Positions 1 to 9,442 of a DNA stretch of 64,000 nucleotides are shown piece after piece. The stretch is from contig JADINA010000024.1 of NCBI GenBank assembly GCA_017694295.1, positions 5,295 through 69,294 of the forward strand, written 5' to 3'. The notes below the pieces were generated by a model. That model was not told the origin of the DNA, searched no databases, and was given only the letters and a program-made list of their open reading frames with translations. Within the stretch, counting starts at the first letter, position 1. Each line of letters starts with the position of its first letter. A program made the translations under genes and the position numbers. Source of the stretch: Candidatus Alloenteromonas pullistercoris (lineage in GTDB: Bacteria > Bacillota_I > Bacilli_A > RFN20 > CAG-826).

Positions 1-1
1 C

Positions 2-928
2 GAGCTTTCGCGCCGGCCCAACATCGATCTTTACATAACAGGGAGCAACTCCCGCATGCTTTCTCGCGACGTCCAAACCGATTTCCGGGATAAAGCGACC
101 CTCATTAACGTCCGGCCCTTATCTTTTGAGGAATGCTTTGATTATCTCGGCGGCGATCACCAAACCGCTTTCGAATCCTTCCTTAAATACGGCGGGATGC
201 CTTTGGCTATCGGGAAAAGCGATTCATCGAAGGAAAGCTATCTTAAGGAACTTTTCTCCGTCACCTATTTCAAGGACATCCTCGATCGTTATCATTTCAA
301 ACGGAGCGAGGCCCTTTCCGAGCTCGCCTCTTTGCTTTCATCTTCCGTCGGCAGTCTTTTAAGTGTCTCCAAGATTAGCGATCTTTATAAAGCCAAAGGC
401 AAAGGGGAGATCGACGACGGCACCGTCAATAACTACCTCGCGGCCTTCGAGGATTCCTTCTTGCTCCAGGAGGCTAAGCGTTACGACGTCAAAGGCAAAC
501 GGGTCATCGGCTCGACCAAGAAGTACTATTTCATTGATCCCGGGCTCCGCAACGCGAGCAACGACTTCATGTTCGAGGATAAAGGCCTGGTTTTCGAAAA
601 CATCATCTACAACGAGCTCCTATATAACGGGTACGAGGTGGCGGTCGGAACCTATGATTCTTTCTCAAAGAACGCGGAAGGGATCACCGTCCGTAAAAGC
701 CTGGAGATAGACTTCATCGCCAAGAAGGGCCCGCGGGTCCTTTATGTCCAGTGCTGCCAAGATCTTTCATCTCACGATACCTACGAACGCGAGATAAAGC
801 CTTACATCGCCCTTAATGACAATATTGCCAAGGTCTTGGTCGTCAATAAGGCGATGGGGCAAGAGCTGGATCGGAATGGCATCACCATCATCGGGGCCAC
901 CGATTTCATCCTTCGTTACATCAAATAA
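2..928 (+). CDS. AAA_14/DUF4143 family ATP-binding protein, 5'-truncated by the window edge
   Basis: Frame is open from position 2 (ELSRRPNIDLYITGSNSRMLS...). The ITGSNS motif, KKYYFIDPGLRN and C-terminal EIDFIA...YVQ are typical of DUF4143 ATPases. Confidence 0.85.
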   Translation, partial: ELSRRPNIDLYITGSNSRMLSRDVQTDFRDKATLINVRPLSFEECFDYLGGDHQTAFESFLKYGGMPLAIGKSDSSKESYLKELFSVTYFKDILDRYHFKRSEALSELASLLSSSVGSLLSVSKISDLYKAKGKGEIDDGTVNNYLAAFEDSFLLQEAKRYDVKGKRVIGSTKKYYFIDPGLRNASNDFMFEDKGLVFENIIYNELLYNGYEVAVGTYDSFSKNAEGITVRKSLEIDFIAKKGPRVLYVQCCQDLSSHDTYEREIKPYIALNDNIAKVLVVNKAMGQELDRNGITIIGATDFILRYIK

Positions 929-1174
929 ACAGTTTGACTAGGCAGCATATAGGGTTTGATGGCCTCGATGAAAGGCCCCGGGATCCAAATGTTCTGTTTT
1001 GATTTGCCGTCTACGAAGTGCAAGACTTCTTCCTTGTATTTATTGAACTGCTGCTGGATACCGGTAAAAACCTATTTTCCAGTTAGCGTTATTTCCAAAG
1101 CTTTTTAGAGAATCTTGGATTTGTATGATATCCGGAGCTCTTTTCTTTTTTTGGCTATGGGTCTATATTGCTCT

Positions 1175-1263
1175 CGTCCATAGAGAGAGCGGCCAGGGAC
1201 AAGCCCGTTGACCCGCCGGCAACCTGCCATAAACGGCAAGGTGCCAAAGCTTGCATGATGGGT
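1175..1263 (+). ncRNA. SAM-I-superfamily (S-box) riboswitch aptamer, P4-less variant
   Basis: Conserved blocks in order: cAUaGAGAG, AGGGAC..GCCC..UGA, GGCAACC, stem UGCC/GGCA, GGUGCCAA, GAUGG. P2 GCGG/CCGC pairs. TATATT -10-like hexamer just upstream. Confidence 0.8.
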
Positions 1264-1278
1264 AGAAGCATATCGTTC

Positions 1279-1304
1279 CTCCCATCATGGCGATGGGAGT
1301 TTTT
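1279..1304 (+). terminator. Riboswitch expression-platform intrinsic terminator
   Basis: CTCCCATC-atggc-GATGGGAG-TTTTT. Its 5' arm (cccatcatg, 1281-1289) is also the exact complement of the aptamer 3' strand (catgatggg, 1254-1262), giving an antiterminator. Confidence 0.85.
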
Positions 1305-1460
1305 CTTCCTCTATGGGGTTATATAGAGGAGGATCGAATAAGGTCAAGCATCGGATATCTTTATAAAGCCATTAACGCTTTTTCATTTTGAATGAGAGGG
1401 TTCTGCGGGTTTTCCTGCTTGGTGCAAAACCCGCATAGACGATAAGAAAGGAACGAACAT

Positions 1461-2204
1461 ATGAGCAATTTCCATATCGGTTTAACCGAAGACAAATCGC
1501 TGCGACTTCGTGGCAAGCCTTTGCAAGAGGTCGTTAGGCAATACGCGGCAGAGCATAATCTCAAGGTCGTCATGCATTTTCCGCATTCGAGTTTGGCGGT
1601 ACCCGCCTCTTTTTGGGAGGACGTCGGCATCGATAGAGGCTATTTCGACTTCATTAACCTTCAGATGAGCGATCTATGCCTCCTCGATCTTTTCTCTTCC
1701 TGGGATTTCGAGAAGGTAATCGCCCCGTATTCAAGGCTTTACGTCGACGTCGAGAAATACTGGGATGAAGCCAAAGAGCCGATGGCCAAATTCGGCATGG
1801 GGGCTGTCTATTCAAAAGACATCTTCGGCAACGACCTTCACAAAAGGACGCCGCTATTCATGGCCGAGGCCAAGCAGTATTACGACCATCACCATGGGTT
1901 GTTATCCAAGGCCTGCGATTGCGATAAGGATGTCTTAATCCTCGACATCCATTCCTTCAGTTACCGGATGTCTCGGCTCGTTACGGGCCGTCACGCCGTT
2001 CCAGACCTTTGCTTTGGTCAAAACAAAGACGATTCCGATTGCCCGGACTTAGTCGAGCTAATCAAGCTTTGGCTAAAGGCCAACTGCAAATGCAGTTGTC
2101 AAACCAACTATCCTTATAATGGCTCGATCCTCCCCAATAGAAGAAGAGCCGGCCAAAGGATCTATTCGCTGATGCTTGAGTTCAATAAGCGGTTTTATCT
2201 TTGA
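1461..2204 (+). CDS. N-formylglutamate amidohydrolase (FGase/HutG)-like protein
   Basis: HFPHSS, SRLYVDVE, MGAVY, YY..HH and LILDIHSF motifs. SD AAGGA 8 nt before ATG. Confidence 0.7.
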   Translation: MSNFHIGLTEDKSLRLRGKPLQEVVRQYAAEHNLKVVMHFPHSSLAVPASFWEDVGIDRGYFDFINLQMSDLCLLDLFSSWDFEKVIAPYSRLYVDVEKYWDEAKEPMAKFGMGAVYSKDIFGNDLHKRTPLFMAEAKQYYDHHHGLLSKACDCDKDVLILDIHSFSYRMSRLVTGRHAVPDLCFGQNKDDSDCPDLVELIKLWLKANCKCSCQTNYPYNGSILPNRRRAGQRIYSLMLEFNKRFYL

Positions 2205-2472
2205 TCCTTATTGTTTGGCCAATCGGCTTTGAGGCTAAAGGAGCTTACGTTAAATAACATATTCGCAGGTAAGTTCATTCATTCCCGCCTTTTTTGGGCG
2301 ACTCGTTTAGCTCGATGATCCGCTAAGCTACCGGGGCTTCCGGTCGATGCGCTTCAGCCGGATGCTGTAGGACGCGGCAAGCCTTTTGTATTTTCTTAAT
2401 GTCATGTCCTTTCTCTATTAGTTTGCCACGAGAACCTATTTGGAGATGGTTATTTTAAGGAAATCAAAAAAA

Positions 2473-2545
2473 TTAGCACTCAAGACTTGACACTGCTAAA
2501 AAGGCGGTTATTATATTGCTAGCACTTGAACAAGACGAGTGCTAA
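2473..2545 (+). promoter_or_regulatory. Two tandem CIRCE (HrcA) operators overlapping a sigma-A promoter
   Basis: TTAGCACTC-N9-cacTGCTAA (2473-2499) and cTAGCACTt-N9-GAGTGCTAA (2519-2545). TTGACA at 2487-2492, TATTAT at 2509-2514. Confidence 0.9.
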
Positions 2546-2570
2546 AAGATAACCACAGGAGGCATTGCAT

Positions 2571-3002
2571 ATGGCTTACAATCTCAACCGCTACATCGGG
2601 AACTTCCTCGATCCCTTCTTCGACGATTCCATCTTCGAGGACATCAACACCGAGAACTTCGGCTCGATGGCCATGAAGACCGATATCCGCGAACTCGACG
2701 ACAAATACGTCATGGACATCGATCTCCCGGGCTTCGACAAGAACAACCTCAACGTCTCGCTCAAGGATGGCTACCTCACCATCACCGGCAAGGTTTCCCG
2801 CAGCATCCGCCCCGAGCAGGGGAAGAAGCATAACTTCATCCACCGCGAACGCTTCTCCGGCTCGGTGACCCGCAGCTACTACGTCGGCGACATGCGCCAG
2901 GAAGACATCTCCGCTTCCTACAAAGACGGCGTGCTGACCATCGAGCTGCCCAAACCGCAGGAAAAGAAGCCGGAAGAAGCCAGCCCGATCGCCATTAAGT
3001 AG
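2571..3002 (+). CDS. Hsp20/alpha-crystallin small heat-shock protein
   Basis: MKTDIRE, DLPGFDK, RER..GS..RSY and ASYKDGVLTIELPK. SD AGGAGG places the start at ATG 2571. CIRCE upstream. Confidence 0.95.
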   Translation: MAYNLNRYIGNFLDPFFDDSIFEDINTENFGSMAMKTDIRELDDKYVMDIDLPGFDKNNLNVSLKDGYLTITGKVSRSIRPEQGKKHNFIHRERFSGSVTRSYYVGDMRQEDISASYKDGVLTIELPKPQEKKPEEASPIAIK

Positions 3003-3016
3003 AGTGGCGAAGTGTC

Positions 3017-3050
3017 AAACCGCTTGAGAAATCAGGCGGTTTTTTGTTTT
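3017..3050 (+). terminator. Intrinsic terminator after hsp20
   Basis: aaaccgcttga-gaaa-tcaggcggttt followed by a T-run. Confidence 0.85.
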
Positions 3051-4241
3051 TTATTTTAGAATTGCGATGATTTCCTCTTGTCTTCCAGCCACGACGACCG
3101 GCTTTCCGTCTTCGATATGGATGTTGGTTTCGCTCCTCATCCCGAAATCCGGGGCGTATATCCCCGGTTCGTCGGAGAAGGAGGTTCCTTCAAGCAGAAG
3201 GCGGTCGTCATGGGTTTCGTAGTTGTCCAAATTGGCCCCGGGGCCGTGGGGGGAGAGGTCGATGGCGATGTTGTGGCCGACCCGGTGGGTGAAGTATGGC
3301 CCATACCCTTCCGCCTCTATGATGCGCCTTGCCACGTCATCGGCCTCAAAAGCCATGACATTTCTTTTTGGCAATTCGCTATTCAGGAATTCGATGACCC
3401 CGTCCCTTGCCTTTTTCAAAACCTCGAATCTGGTTTTGTATTCTTCCGGGACCTCTTCGCCGATATAGCCCATCCAAGTGATGTCGGCATAGACGCCGTC
3501 TTCGTCGTCTAACTTCGCCCACATGTCGATTAGGACCAAGTCTCCGGGCAGCAGCCTGGAATGGTTGTCCTTGGTTGGGGAGTAATGGGGGTTGCTCGCG
3601 TTTTTCCCATTCGCCACCAAAGGCGGCTCATCATAGGTCATCCCCTCTTCGGCAAAGCGCTTTGCGATGAAGTTTTGCACCTCGTATTCGCTTGTCTCCC
3701 CTTCGCTTTCTATCTTCGATTTTATGAAGGCGAAGGCCTCGTCTTTTATTTGCAGCGTCTTCTTGCAGGCGATAAGCTCCTCCTCGTATTGGCGCTGGGT
3801 CAAAACGGCTACCAGGGTTTGCAGCAGGTTGGCCGAGCTTTCGACCTTAACGCCAAGTCCCTTGACGAATTCGACCGATCCGGCATCGGCTTTGGCCACC
3901 CGCATAAGCAGCCCGGAGGCGGAATAGTCCATTAAGACCTTTTTGCCTTTTAATGGCGATAACAGCTTTTCCTCTAGGGAAAGCATTTCCTCCCAGGTGT
4001 TGTAAATTTCCGTCTTGAAAGGGATGGGCCTTCCTTTCAATACCCCGGCGTCAATCGAATGGAGGATGATGGTTGGCTTGCCATATGACGGGATGAAGGC
4101 GATGACTTTCCTGGTGAGCATCGCCTTGCCCAGCAGCTTCGTTAAGACCTCGTTATGGGATTCGTAATCCAATAGCAGATAGCCTTCGGCCTCCTCTTCT
4201 TTTATTTTGCTTTGCAGCAGCTCGATTTCATTGTTTTCCAT
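3051..4241 (-). CDS. Xaa-Pro aminopeptidase, M24 family
   Basis: LVLIDMW, ADITW, HRVGH, DEPGIY and RSETN metal-ligand motifs. Confidence 0.9.
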   Translation of the reverse strand: MENNEIELLQSKIKEEEAEGYLLLDYESHNEVLTKLLGKAMLTRKVIAFIPSYGKPTIILHSIDAGVLKGRPIPFKTEIYNTWEEMLSLEEKLLSPLKGKKVLMDYSASGLLMRVAKADAGSVEFVKGLGVKVESSANLLQTLVAVLTQRQYEEELIACKKTLQIKDEAFAFIKSKIESEGETSEYEVQNFIAKRFAEEGMTYDEPPLVANGKNASNPHYSPTKDNHSRLLPGDLVLIDMWAKLDDEDGVYADITWMGYIGEEVPEEYKTRFEVLKKARDGVIEFLNSELPKRNVMAFEADDVARRIIEAEGYGPYFTHRVGHNIAIDLSPHGPGANLDNYETHDDRLLLEGTSFSDEPGIYAPDFGMRSETNIHIEDGKPVVVAGRQEEIIAILK

Positions 4242-4267
4242 AATGGCGGAATTATATCGCGGGGGAG

Positions 4268-5998
4268 ATGTTTTTTGTTTATGATACGTTTATGCCTAAG
4301 ACCGATTCCTTGCTTCAATTGCATCCCAATCCCTATTTCGAGAGAAAGGATTTTTGGCTGCTTGACGGCATTTGGGATTTCGCCATCACCAAAAGCCCAA
4401 CCCCTCCTGAATCCTACCCGCTTTCGATAAAAGTCCCCTTCGCCGTCGAAACCAAGGCCTCGCAAGTGGGGCAAATGGTCGGGAAAGGCGACTTCCTCCA
4501 TTACCGGCTTTCCTTTGATTTGCCTTCATCATTCGACAAAGGATGCGTTTTGCTTCATTTCACCTACGTTGATCAAGTCCCCGACGTCTACCTTAACGGC
4601 GAATTGCTTGGCCATCACGAAGGGGGATATGTTCCGTTCCATTTCGAGTTGGGCAAGCTAAAGGAAAAGGGGAACATATTGCAGGTCGTCGTCTCCGATG
4701 ACGTCGACTCGCCTATTTATCCGCGTGGCAAGCAAAGCCGGAACCCCCATGGCATTTGGTATACCGCCACCTCGGGCATTTATGGCTCGGTTTACCTTGA
4801 ATCTGCCCCAAAGAGGCACTTTGAGCAATTCGCCGCCAAGACGAAAGGCCTCTCCCTTATTTTGGAGGGAGACCCGCTTCTAGAAGGGGCGGAATACGCC
4901 ATATTTGAGCATGGCGAGCTCCGCCAAAGCGGGCGTTATGAAAATGCCCCGATCGATTGCTCTTCCTTTGCTTCGCTTTGGACCCCCGAAGCCCCTTATG
5001 TCTATAAGCTTGTTTTGAAATCAGGCGAGGATGAGGTGAGCTGCCAAATCGCTTTCCGCGACGTCGGGGTGATTTCCCGCGGCGAGGCCAATTCCGTTTC
5101 CTTAAATGGCAAACCGGTTTTCCTCACCGGCGTCCTCGACCAAGGCTATTGGCTGGAAACCGGCTTGACCCCGCCTAGCCGCGAGGCGGCCGAAAAAGAC
5201 ATAAAGACGATGAAGGAGCTTGGCTTCAACGTGCTTAGGAAGCATATAAAAGCCGAGCCGCTTTGGTGGTATGCCCTTTGCGATACCCTCGGGATGATGG
5301 TCATTCAGGATGTCCCAAACGCCGGGGATGCCTATAACCCGATCCTTATAACGACCGCCCCCTTCGTCAAATACCGCTTCGACGACAAAAAGGCCTTTTC
5401 GCAGCGGATCTTAGGGCGCGCCGATGAACGGTCGCGAAGCTTTTTCGCCTCGATGCTTGAACCTTTCATCCGCCATTTGGCGGTTTGCCCCTGCATCGTC
5501 GCCTGGACCTTGTTCAACGAGGGGTGGGGCCAATTCAATGCCGAGGAATTCACCAAGCGGCTTCGCCTAATTGACGATACAAGGCTCATCGATTCGACCT
5601 CGGGCTGGTATGACCAACAATGCGGCGACTTCCTTTCCAAGCATGTCTACTTCAAGAAGATAAAGCGGCCCAATGGGCAAGAAAGCGACGAGCGGATCCC
5701 CATCATAAGCGAATTCGGCGGCTATTCATTTGAGGTTAAGGGGCATAGCTATGCAAGCAAAAGGAGCTTTGGCTATGGGAAGGTCGAAAGCGCCGAAGAG
5801 CTGACTGCAAAGATCGAGAAGCTTTACAAAGAGCAAATAATACCTTATGCCAAAACCTGGCTATGCGGGGCCATCTACACCCAGCTTTCGGATGTGGAGA
5901 ACGAGCTTAACGGCCTTTTCACCTTCGACCGGGAATCGCTTAAGGTCGACGCGGCGCGGATAAAAGCGCTCAACGAGGAGCTCAAAGGTTCGTATTGA
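4268..5998 (+). CDS. Glycoside hydrolase family 2 (beta-galactosidase-like); start may be ATG 4292
   Basis: LDGIWDF, HEGGY, SGIYGSV, LDQGYW, RKHIK, WTLFNEGWGQ (acid/base) and SEFGG (nucleophile). Confidence 0.9.
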   Translation: MFFVYDTFMPKTDSLLQLHPNPYFERKDFWLLDGIWDFAITKSPTPPESYPLSIKVPFAVETKASQVGQMVGKGDFLHYRLSFDLPSSFDKGCVLLHFTYVDQVPDVYLNGELLGHHEGGYVPFHFELGKLKEKGNILQVVVSDDVDSPIYPRGKQSRNPHGIWYTATSGIYGSVYLESAPKRHFEQFAAKTKGLSLILEGDPLLEGAEYAIFEHGELRQSGRYENAPIDCSSFASLWTPEAPYVYKLVLKSGEDEVSCQIAFRDVGVISRGEANSVSLNGKPVFLTGVLDQGYWLETGLTPPSREAAEKDIKTMKELGFNVLRKHIKAEPLWWYALCDTLGMMVIQDVPNAGDAYNPILITTAPFVKYRFDDKKAFSQRILGRADERSRSFFASMLEPFIRHLAVCPCIVAWTLFNEGWGQFNAEEFTKRLRLIDDTRLIDSTSGWYDQQCGDFLSKHVYFKKIKRPNGQESDERIPIISEFGGYSFEVKGHSYASKRSFGYGKVESAEELTAKIEKLYKEQIIPYAKTWLCGAIYTQLSDVENELNGLFTFDRESLKVDAARIKALNEELKGSY

Positions 5999-6000
5999 AA

Positions 6001-6789
6001 ATGGATAAGCGAATCAAAGCCGCGTTCTTCGATGTCGATTGGACGCTTTACGATCACCATAACCGCCGTTACGTCCCTTCCGGCATAGAGGCCATAAAGA
6101 GGCTTAAGCAAAAAGGCGTTATGGTGTTTGTCTGCTCGGCTAGGCCTTACGAATCGCTAAAGCAATTCGGGGTTTTCGATTTGGGCATCGCCTGGGATGG
6201 GTATATCGCCTGCGCCGGCGCCTATGCCAAAGTCGGGAGAAGGGTCATCCGCAAGCAATCAACCCCGAAGCAGGAGGTGCGCCGCCTGCTTAGGATCGCC
6301 AAGGAAAACTCTTTATGCGTCCAGCTCGTCACCCCGAAAACGAGGTTTTTGACTTCGCCCGGGAATTCCTATTACGAGCAGTATGAATCGGTTTTCCGCG
6401 ATTGGGTGGATGACGTCCACCCCTATTCGGGCGAAGAGGTAATCGGCATCCTGGTTTTCTCGCCAAAGGAATTCGACCCGTTATTTGCCGCGGCCTTCCC
6501 TTCCTATTTTATTTTCCGCTTCGCCGAATACGGGGTCGACATCATGGACGTCCCGCATATAAAAGGCGATGCCATCAACAATGTTTTGGACTATTTGGGG
6601 ATTGAGAAAGAAGACGCGATCGCGGTGGGGGACGACGTCCAGGACATTTCCATGAAAGGCGCGGTCGGCACCTTCATATGCATGGGAAACGGCAAAGACG
6701 AGGCCAAAAAGGCGGCCGATCACGTCGCAAGGAGAATTGAGGAGGATGGGCTTAGCCTCGCTTTGGAGGAACTGGGCTATCTATCTTAG
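6001..6789 (+). CDS. Cof-type HAD-IIB hydrolase
   Basis: FFDVDWTL, CSAR, K-G and GDDVQD...MGNG motifs. Confidence 0.9.
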   Translation: MDKRIKAAFFDVDWTLYDHHNRRYVPSGIEAIKRLKQKGVMVFVCSARPYESLKQFGVFDLGIAWDGYIACAGAYAKVGRRVIRKQSTPKQEVRRLLRIAKENSLCVQLVTPKTRFLTSPGNSYYEQYESVFRDWVDDVHPYSGEEVIGILVFSPKEFDPLFAAAFPSYFIFRFAEYGVDIMDVPHIKGDAINNVLDYLGIEKEDAIAVGDDVQDISMKGAVGTFICMGNGKDEAKKAADHVARRIEEDGLSLALEELGYLS

Positions 6790-6829
6790 TATTCACTTCC
6801 CGCCCAATTAGAGTAGACTATCGCCCGAT

Positions 6830-9442
6830 ATGGCAAAGCTCGATCAAAGGAGGACCCCGTTCCTCGATGCCTTAAAGAAATATGCCGCCGAGGACGTCGT
6901 CCCTTTCGATGTCCCCGGGCACCACATGGGCAACATCGACAACAAAGCGACCAAGCTATTCGGCAAGAAGCTTTTCCGATACGACGTCAACGCCCCCATC
7001 GGGACCGATAACCTCGCTAAGCCCCATGGCCCCCTTTTGCAAGCCGAGAGGCTATTGGCCGAAGCCACCGGGGCCGATGAGGCTTTCTTTTTGATAAACG
7101 GCACCTCCAGCGGCATCATCGCCATGATCATGGCAGCCGTCAAAGCCGGCGAGCGGATCATCTTGCCGCGCAACGTTCACAAATCGGTCATCAACGCCCT
7201 TATCCTTTCCGGCGCCATCCCCGAATACGTCATGCCCTCGATCGACGGCGACTTGGAAATCGCCAACCAGCCGAGCCTAAAGGACTTCGAAAAAGCCATC
7301 CTCCGTCACCCCTCGGCCAAAGCCGTATTCGTCATCAACCCGACTTACTTTGGGTCGGTGTGCGATTTGAAGTCCCTGGTTGAGATCGCCCATGCCCATA
7401 ACATGGCCGTCCTCGTCGATGAGGCGCACGGGGCCCATTTCTATTTCCATGCCACGGAGTCGCCTATAACCGCCATGGACGCCGGGGCCGACATCTCCTC
7501 GGTCTCCTTCCATAAAACGGCTGGCTCGCTTACCCAGTCCTCGGTGTTGCTCGTTAAGGGGAAGGCCTTTTCCCGTTATGACATCCAAAAGGCCTTGAAC
7601 ATAACAAACACCACCTCGCCCTCGATGATTTTGATGGCAAGCCTCGACGCGGCCCGCTCATTCATGGCGACCGAAGGACGCGAAGCCCAGGAAAAGACCT
7701 ATGAGCTTGTCCGCTACGCCGAAGCGGAAATAAACAAAATACCGGGGTTTTACGTTGCTTCCACTGAGCATTTCCTTAAATACGGCAGTTTCGATTTCGA
7801 CCCTTCGAAGTTCGTCATCGGCCTCGATAAGCTTGACATCGACGGCTTCCATCTTTACCAGCTTCTGAAAAAGGAAGAGGGCGTTCAGCTTGAGCTAGCC
7901 GAGACTTACGCCGTTTTGGCCATCTTCGCCATCGGGACGAAAAAAGAGCACGTCGACCGCCTCATCGAAGGGCTTAGGCGCATTTCGAAAGAGCATTACC
8001 ATCCAGACATAAGCTATGAGGACCATCATTTCGATTCCTCCTTCCCCTATATGCTTCTTAGGCCGCGCGTCGCTTTCCATGCCGATGGGAAGCTGGCTAA
8101 GCCCGAGCAATGCGTTGGGGCCATTTCCAAGGAGATGGCCATGATCTATCCCCCGGGAATCCCCTTTATTTGCCCGGGCGAGGTTTGGACGAAGGAATTG
8201 GTCGATAAGCTCGCCTTTTTGAAGAAGACTGGGGCGACGATCCTAAGTTCCTATCCCAACGGCTTCGAAATAGTCGATACAGCCAAATGGAAGAAATTCC
8301 CTCTTTACGCCAAACGGCTTTCCGATTACCGGGATTCGAAGAAGACGAGTCCGTCAAACGACGGCTTCCATATGCCTTTTGAGGGGGAGAAGCACAAAGC
8401 GACGGTCGTCTTGCTTCCCTTCCGCCATGACACTTGGAGACAAAAAGGGGCCCCGGCGAGGAAGAACTTCAAGGAAGTGATAGACGCCATCGCCAAGCAT
8501 GAGCCCGTCATCGTCGGCATCCATCCGGCAATTTACGACGAGGTCATCGGCGATTACCGGATGAGGAAGAACATCGAGCCCATCAAAATCCGCTACAACG
8601 ATTCCTGGGCCCGCGACAACATGCCTTTGTTCGTCACCGATTCGAAGAGGATCCGCGGCGTCGATTTCCGCTTCAACGCCTGGGGCGGGGACTTCGACGG
8701 GCTATACAAAAACTACCAAGACGACGACCGGCTATCCTCGGTCTTCGATAGGAAATACAAAATCCGCGATTACCGCCTCGACTCCTTCGTCTTCGAAGGC
8801 GGGGCGATCGCCGTCGACGGCAAAGGGACCGGCATCGTCGTCGAGGCCTGCCTTCTTTCCCCTGGCCGCAACCCGACCTTAAGGAAAGAGGAAATCGAGG
8901 AAGTGCTTAAGGAGTATCTTGGCCTTGAGAAGCTCATATGGATACCACATGGCATTTACGGGGACGAGACCAACGAGCACGTCGACAACATGGTCGCCTT
9001 CGTCAAGCCCGGCGTTTTGGCCCTTTCATGGTGCGATGATCCTTCCGATCAGCAATATTATTATTCCCATGAGGCCTACCGCATCCTAGCCGAGGAGAAA
9101 GACGCCAAAGGGCACGCCTTCGAGATCCACAAGATATTGGTTCCCCATCCCAATTTGACCATGACCAAAGAGGAAGCCAAAGGATTGTCCTCGGCGATGC
9201 GCGAAGGGGCGAAGCCGCGCCTTGAAGGCGACCGCCTATCGGCTAGCTATGTCAATTTCTACCAAGGCAAGGGCTTTGTCATCCTGCCTGCTTTCGGCGT
9301 GGCTGAGGACAAATTGGCCTATGAAGAGTTCTCCCGCCTTTTCCCGCGGAAGAAGATCCATCAGATCAACACGCGGGAGATTTTGCTTGGCGGAGGCAAT
9401 ATCCACTGCATAACCATGCAAATCCCGGAGGTTAAAAAATGA
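6830..9442 (+). CDS. Fusion: PLP-dependent Orn/Lys/Arg decarboxylase (N-terminal) + agmatine deiminase (C-terminal)
   Basis: N-half: FDVPGH, NGTSSG, RNVHKS, DEAHG, SFHKT (PLP Lys). C-half: NDSWARD, NAWGG, EGGAI, NEHVDN, GGGNIHCITMQIP. One uninterrupted 870-aa frame. Confidence 0.92.
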   Translation: MAKLDQRRTPFLDALKKYAAEDVVPFDVPGHHMGNIDNKATKLFGKKLFRYDVNAPIGTDNLAKPHGPLLQAERLLAEATGADEAFFLINGTSSGIIAMIMAAVKAGERIILPRNVHKSVINALILSGAIPEYVMPSIDGDLEIANQPSLKDFEKAILRHPSAKAVFVINPTYFGSVCDLKSLVEIAHAHNMAVLVDEAHGAHFYFHATESPITAMDAGADISSVSFHKTAGSLTQSSVLLVKGKAFSRYDIQKALNITNTTSPSMILMASLDAARSFMATEGREAQEKTYELVRYAEAEINKIPGFYVASTEHFLKYGSFDFDPSKFVIGLDKLDIDGFHLYQLLKKEEGVQLELAETYAVLAIFAIGTKKEHVDRLIEGLRRISKEHYHPDISYEDHHFDSSFPYMLLRPRVAFHADGKLAKPEQCVGAISKEMAMIYPPGIPFICPGEVWTKELVDKLAFLKKTGATILSSYPNGFEIVDTAKWKKFPLYAKRLSDYRDSKKTSPSNDGFHMPFEGEKHKATVVLLPFRHDTWRQKGAPARKNFKEVIDAIAKHEPVIVGIHPAIYDEVIGDYRMRKNIEPIKIRYNDSWARDNMPLFVTDSKRIRGVDFRFNAWGGDFDGLYKNYQDDDRLSSVFDRKYKIRDYRLDSFVFEGGAIAVDGKGTGIVVEACLLSPGRNPTLRKEEIEEVLKEYLGLEKLIWIPHGIYGDETNEHVDNMVAFVKPGVLALSWCDDPSDQQYYYSHEAYRILAEEKDAKGHAFEIHKILVPHPNLTMTKEEAKGLSSAMREGAKPRLEGDRLSASYVNFYQGKGFVILPAFGVAEDKLAYEEFSRLFPRKKIHQINTREILLGGGNIHCITMQIPEVKK

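Noticed and set aside
920-1150. Minus-strand protein-like frame interrupted by two stops (...KIL*KALEITLTGK*VFTGIQQQFNK...)
   Set aside because: No recognisable family and no start or RBS; could be a pseudogene scrap but cannot be supported.
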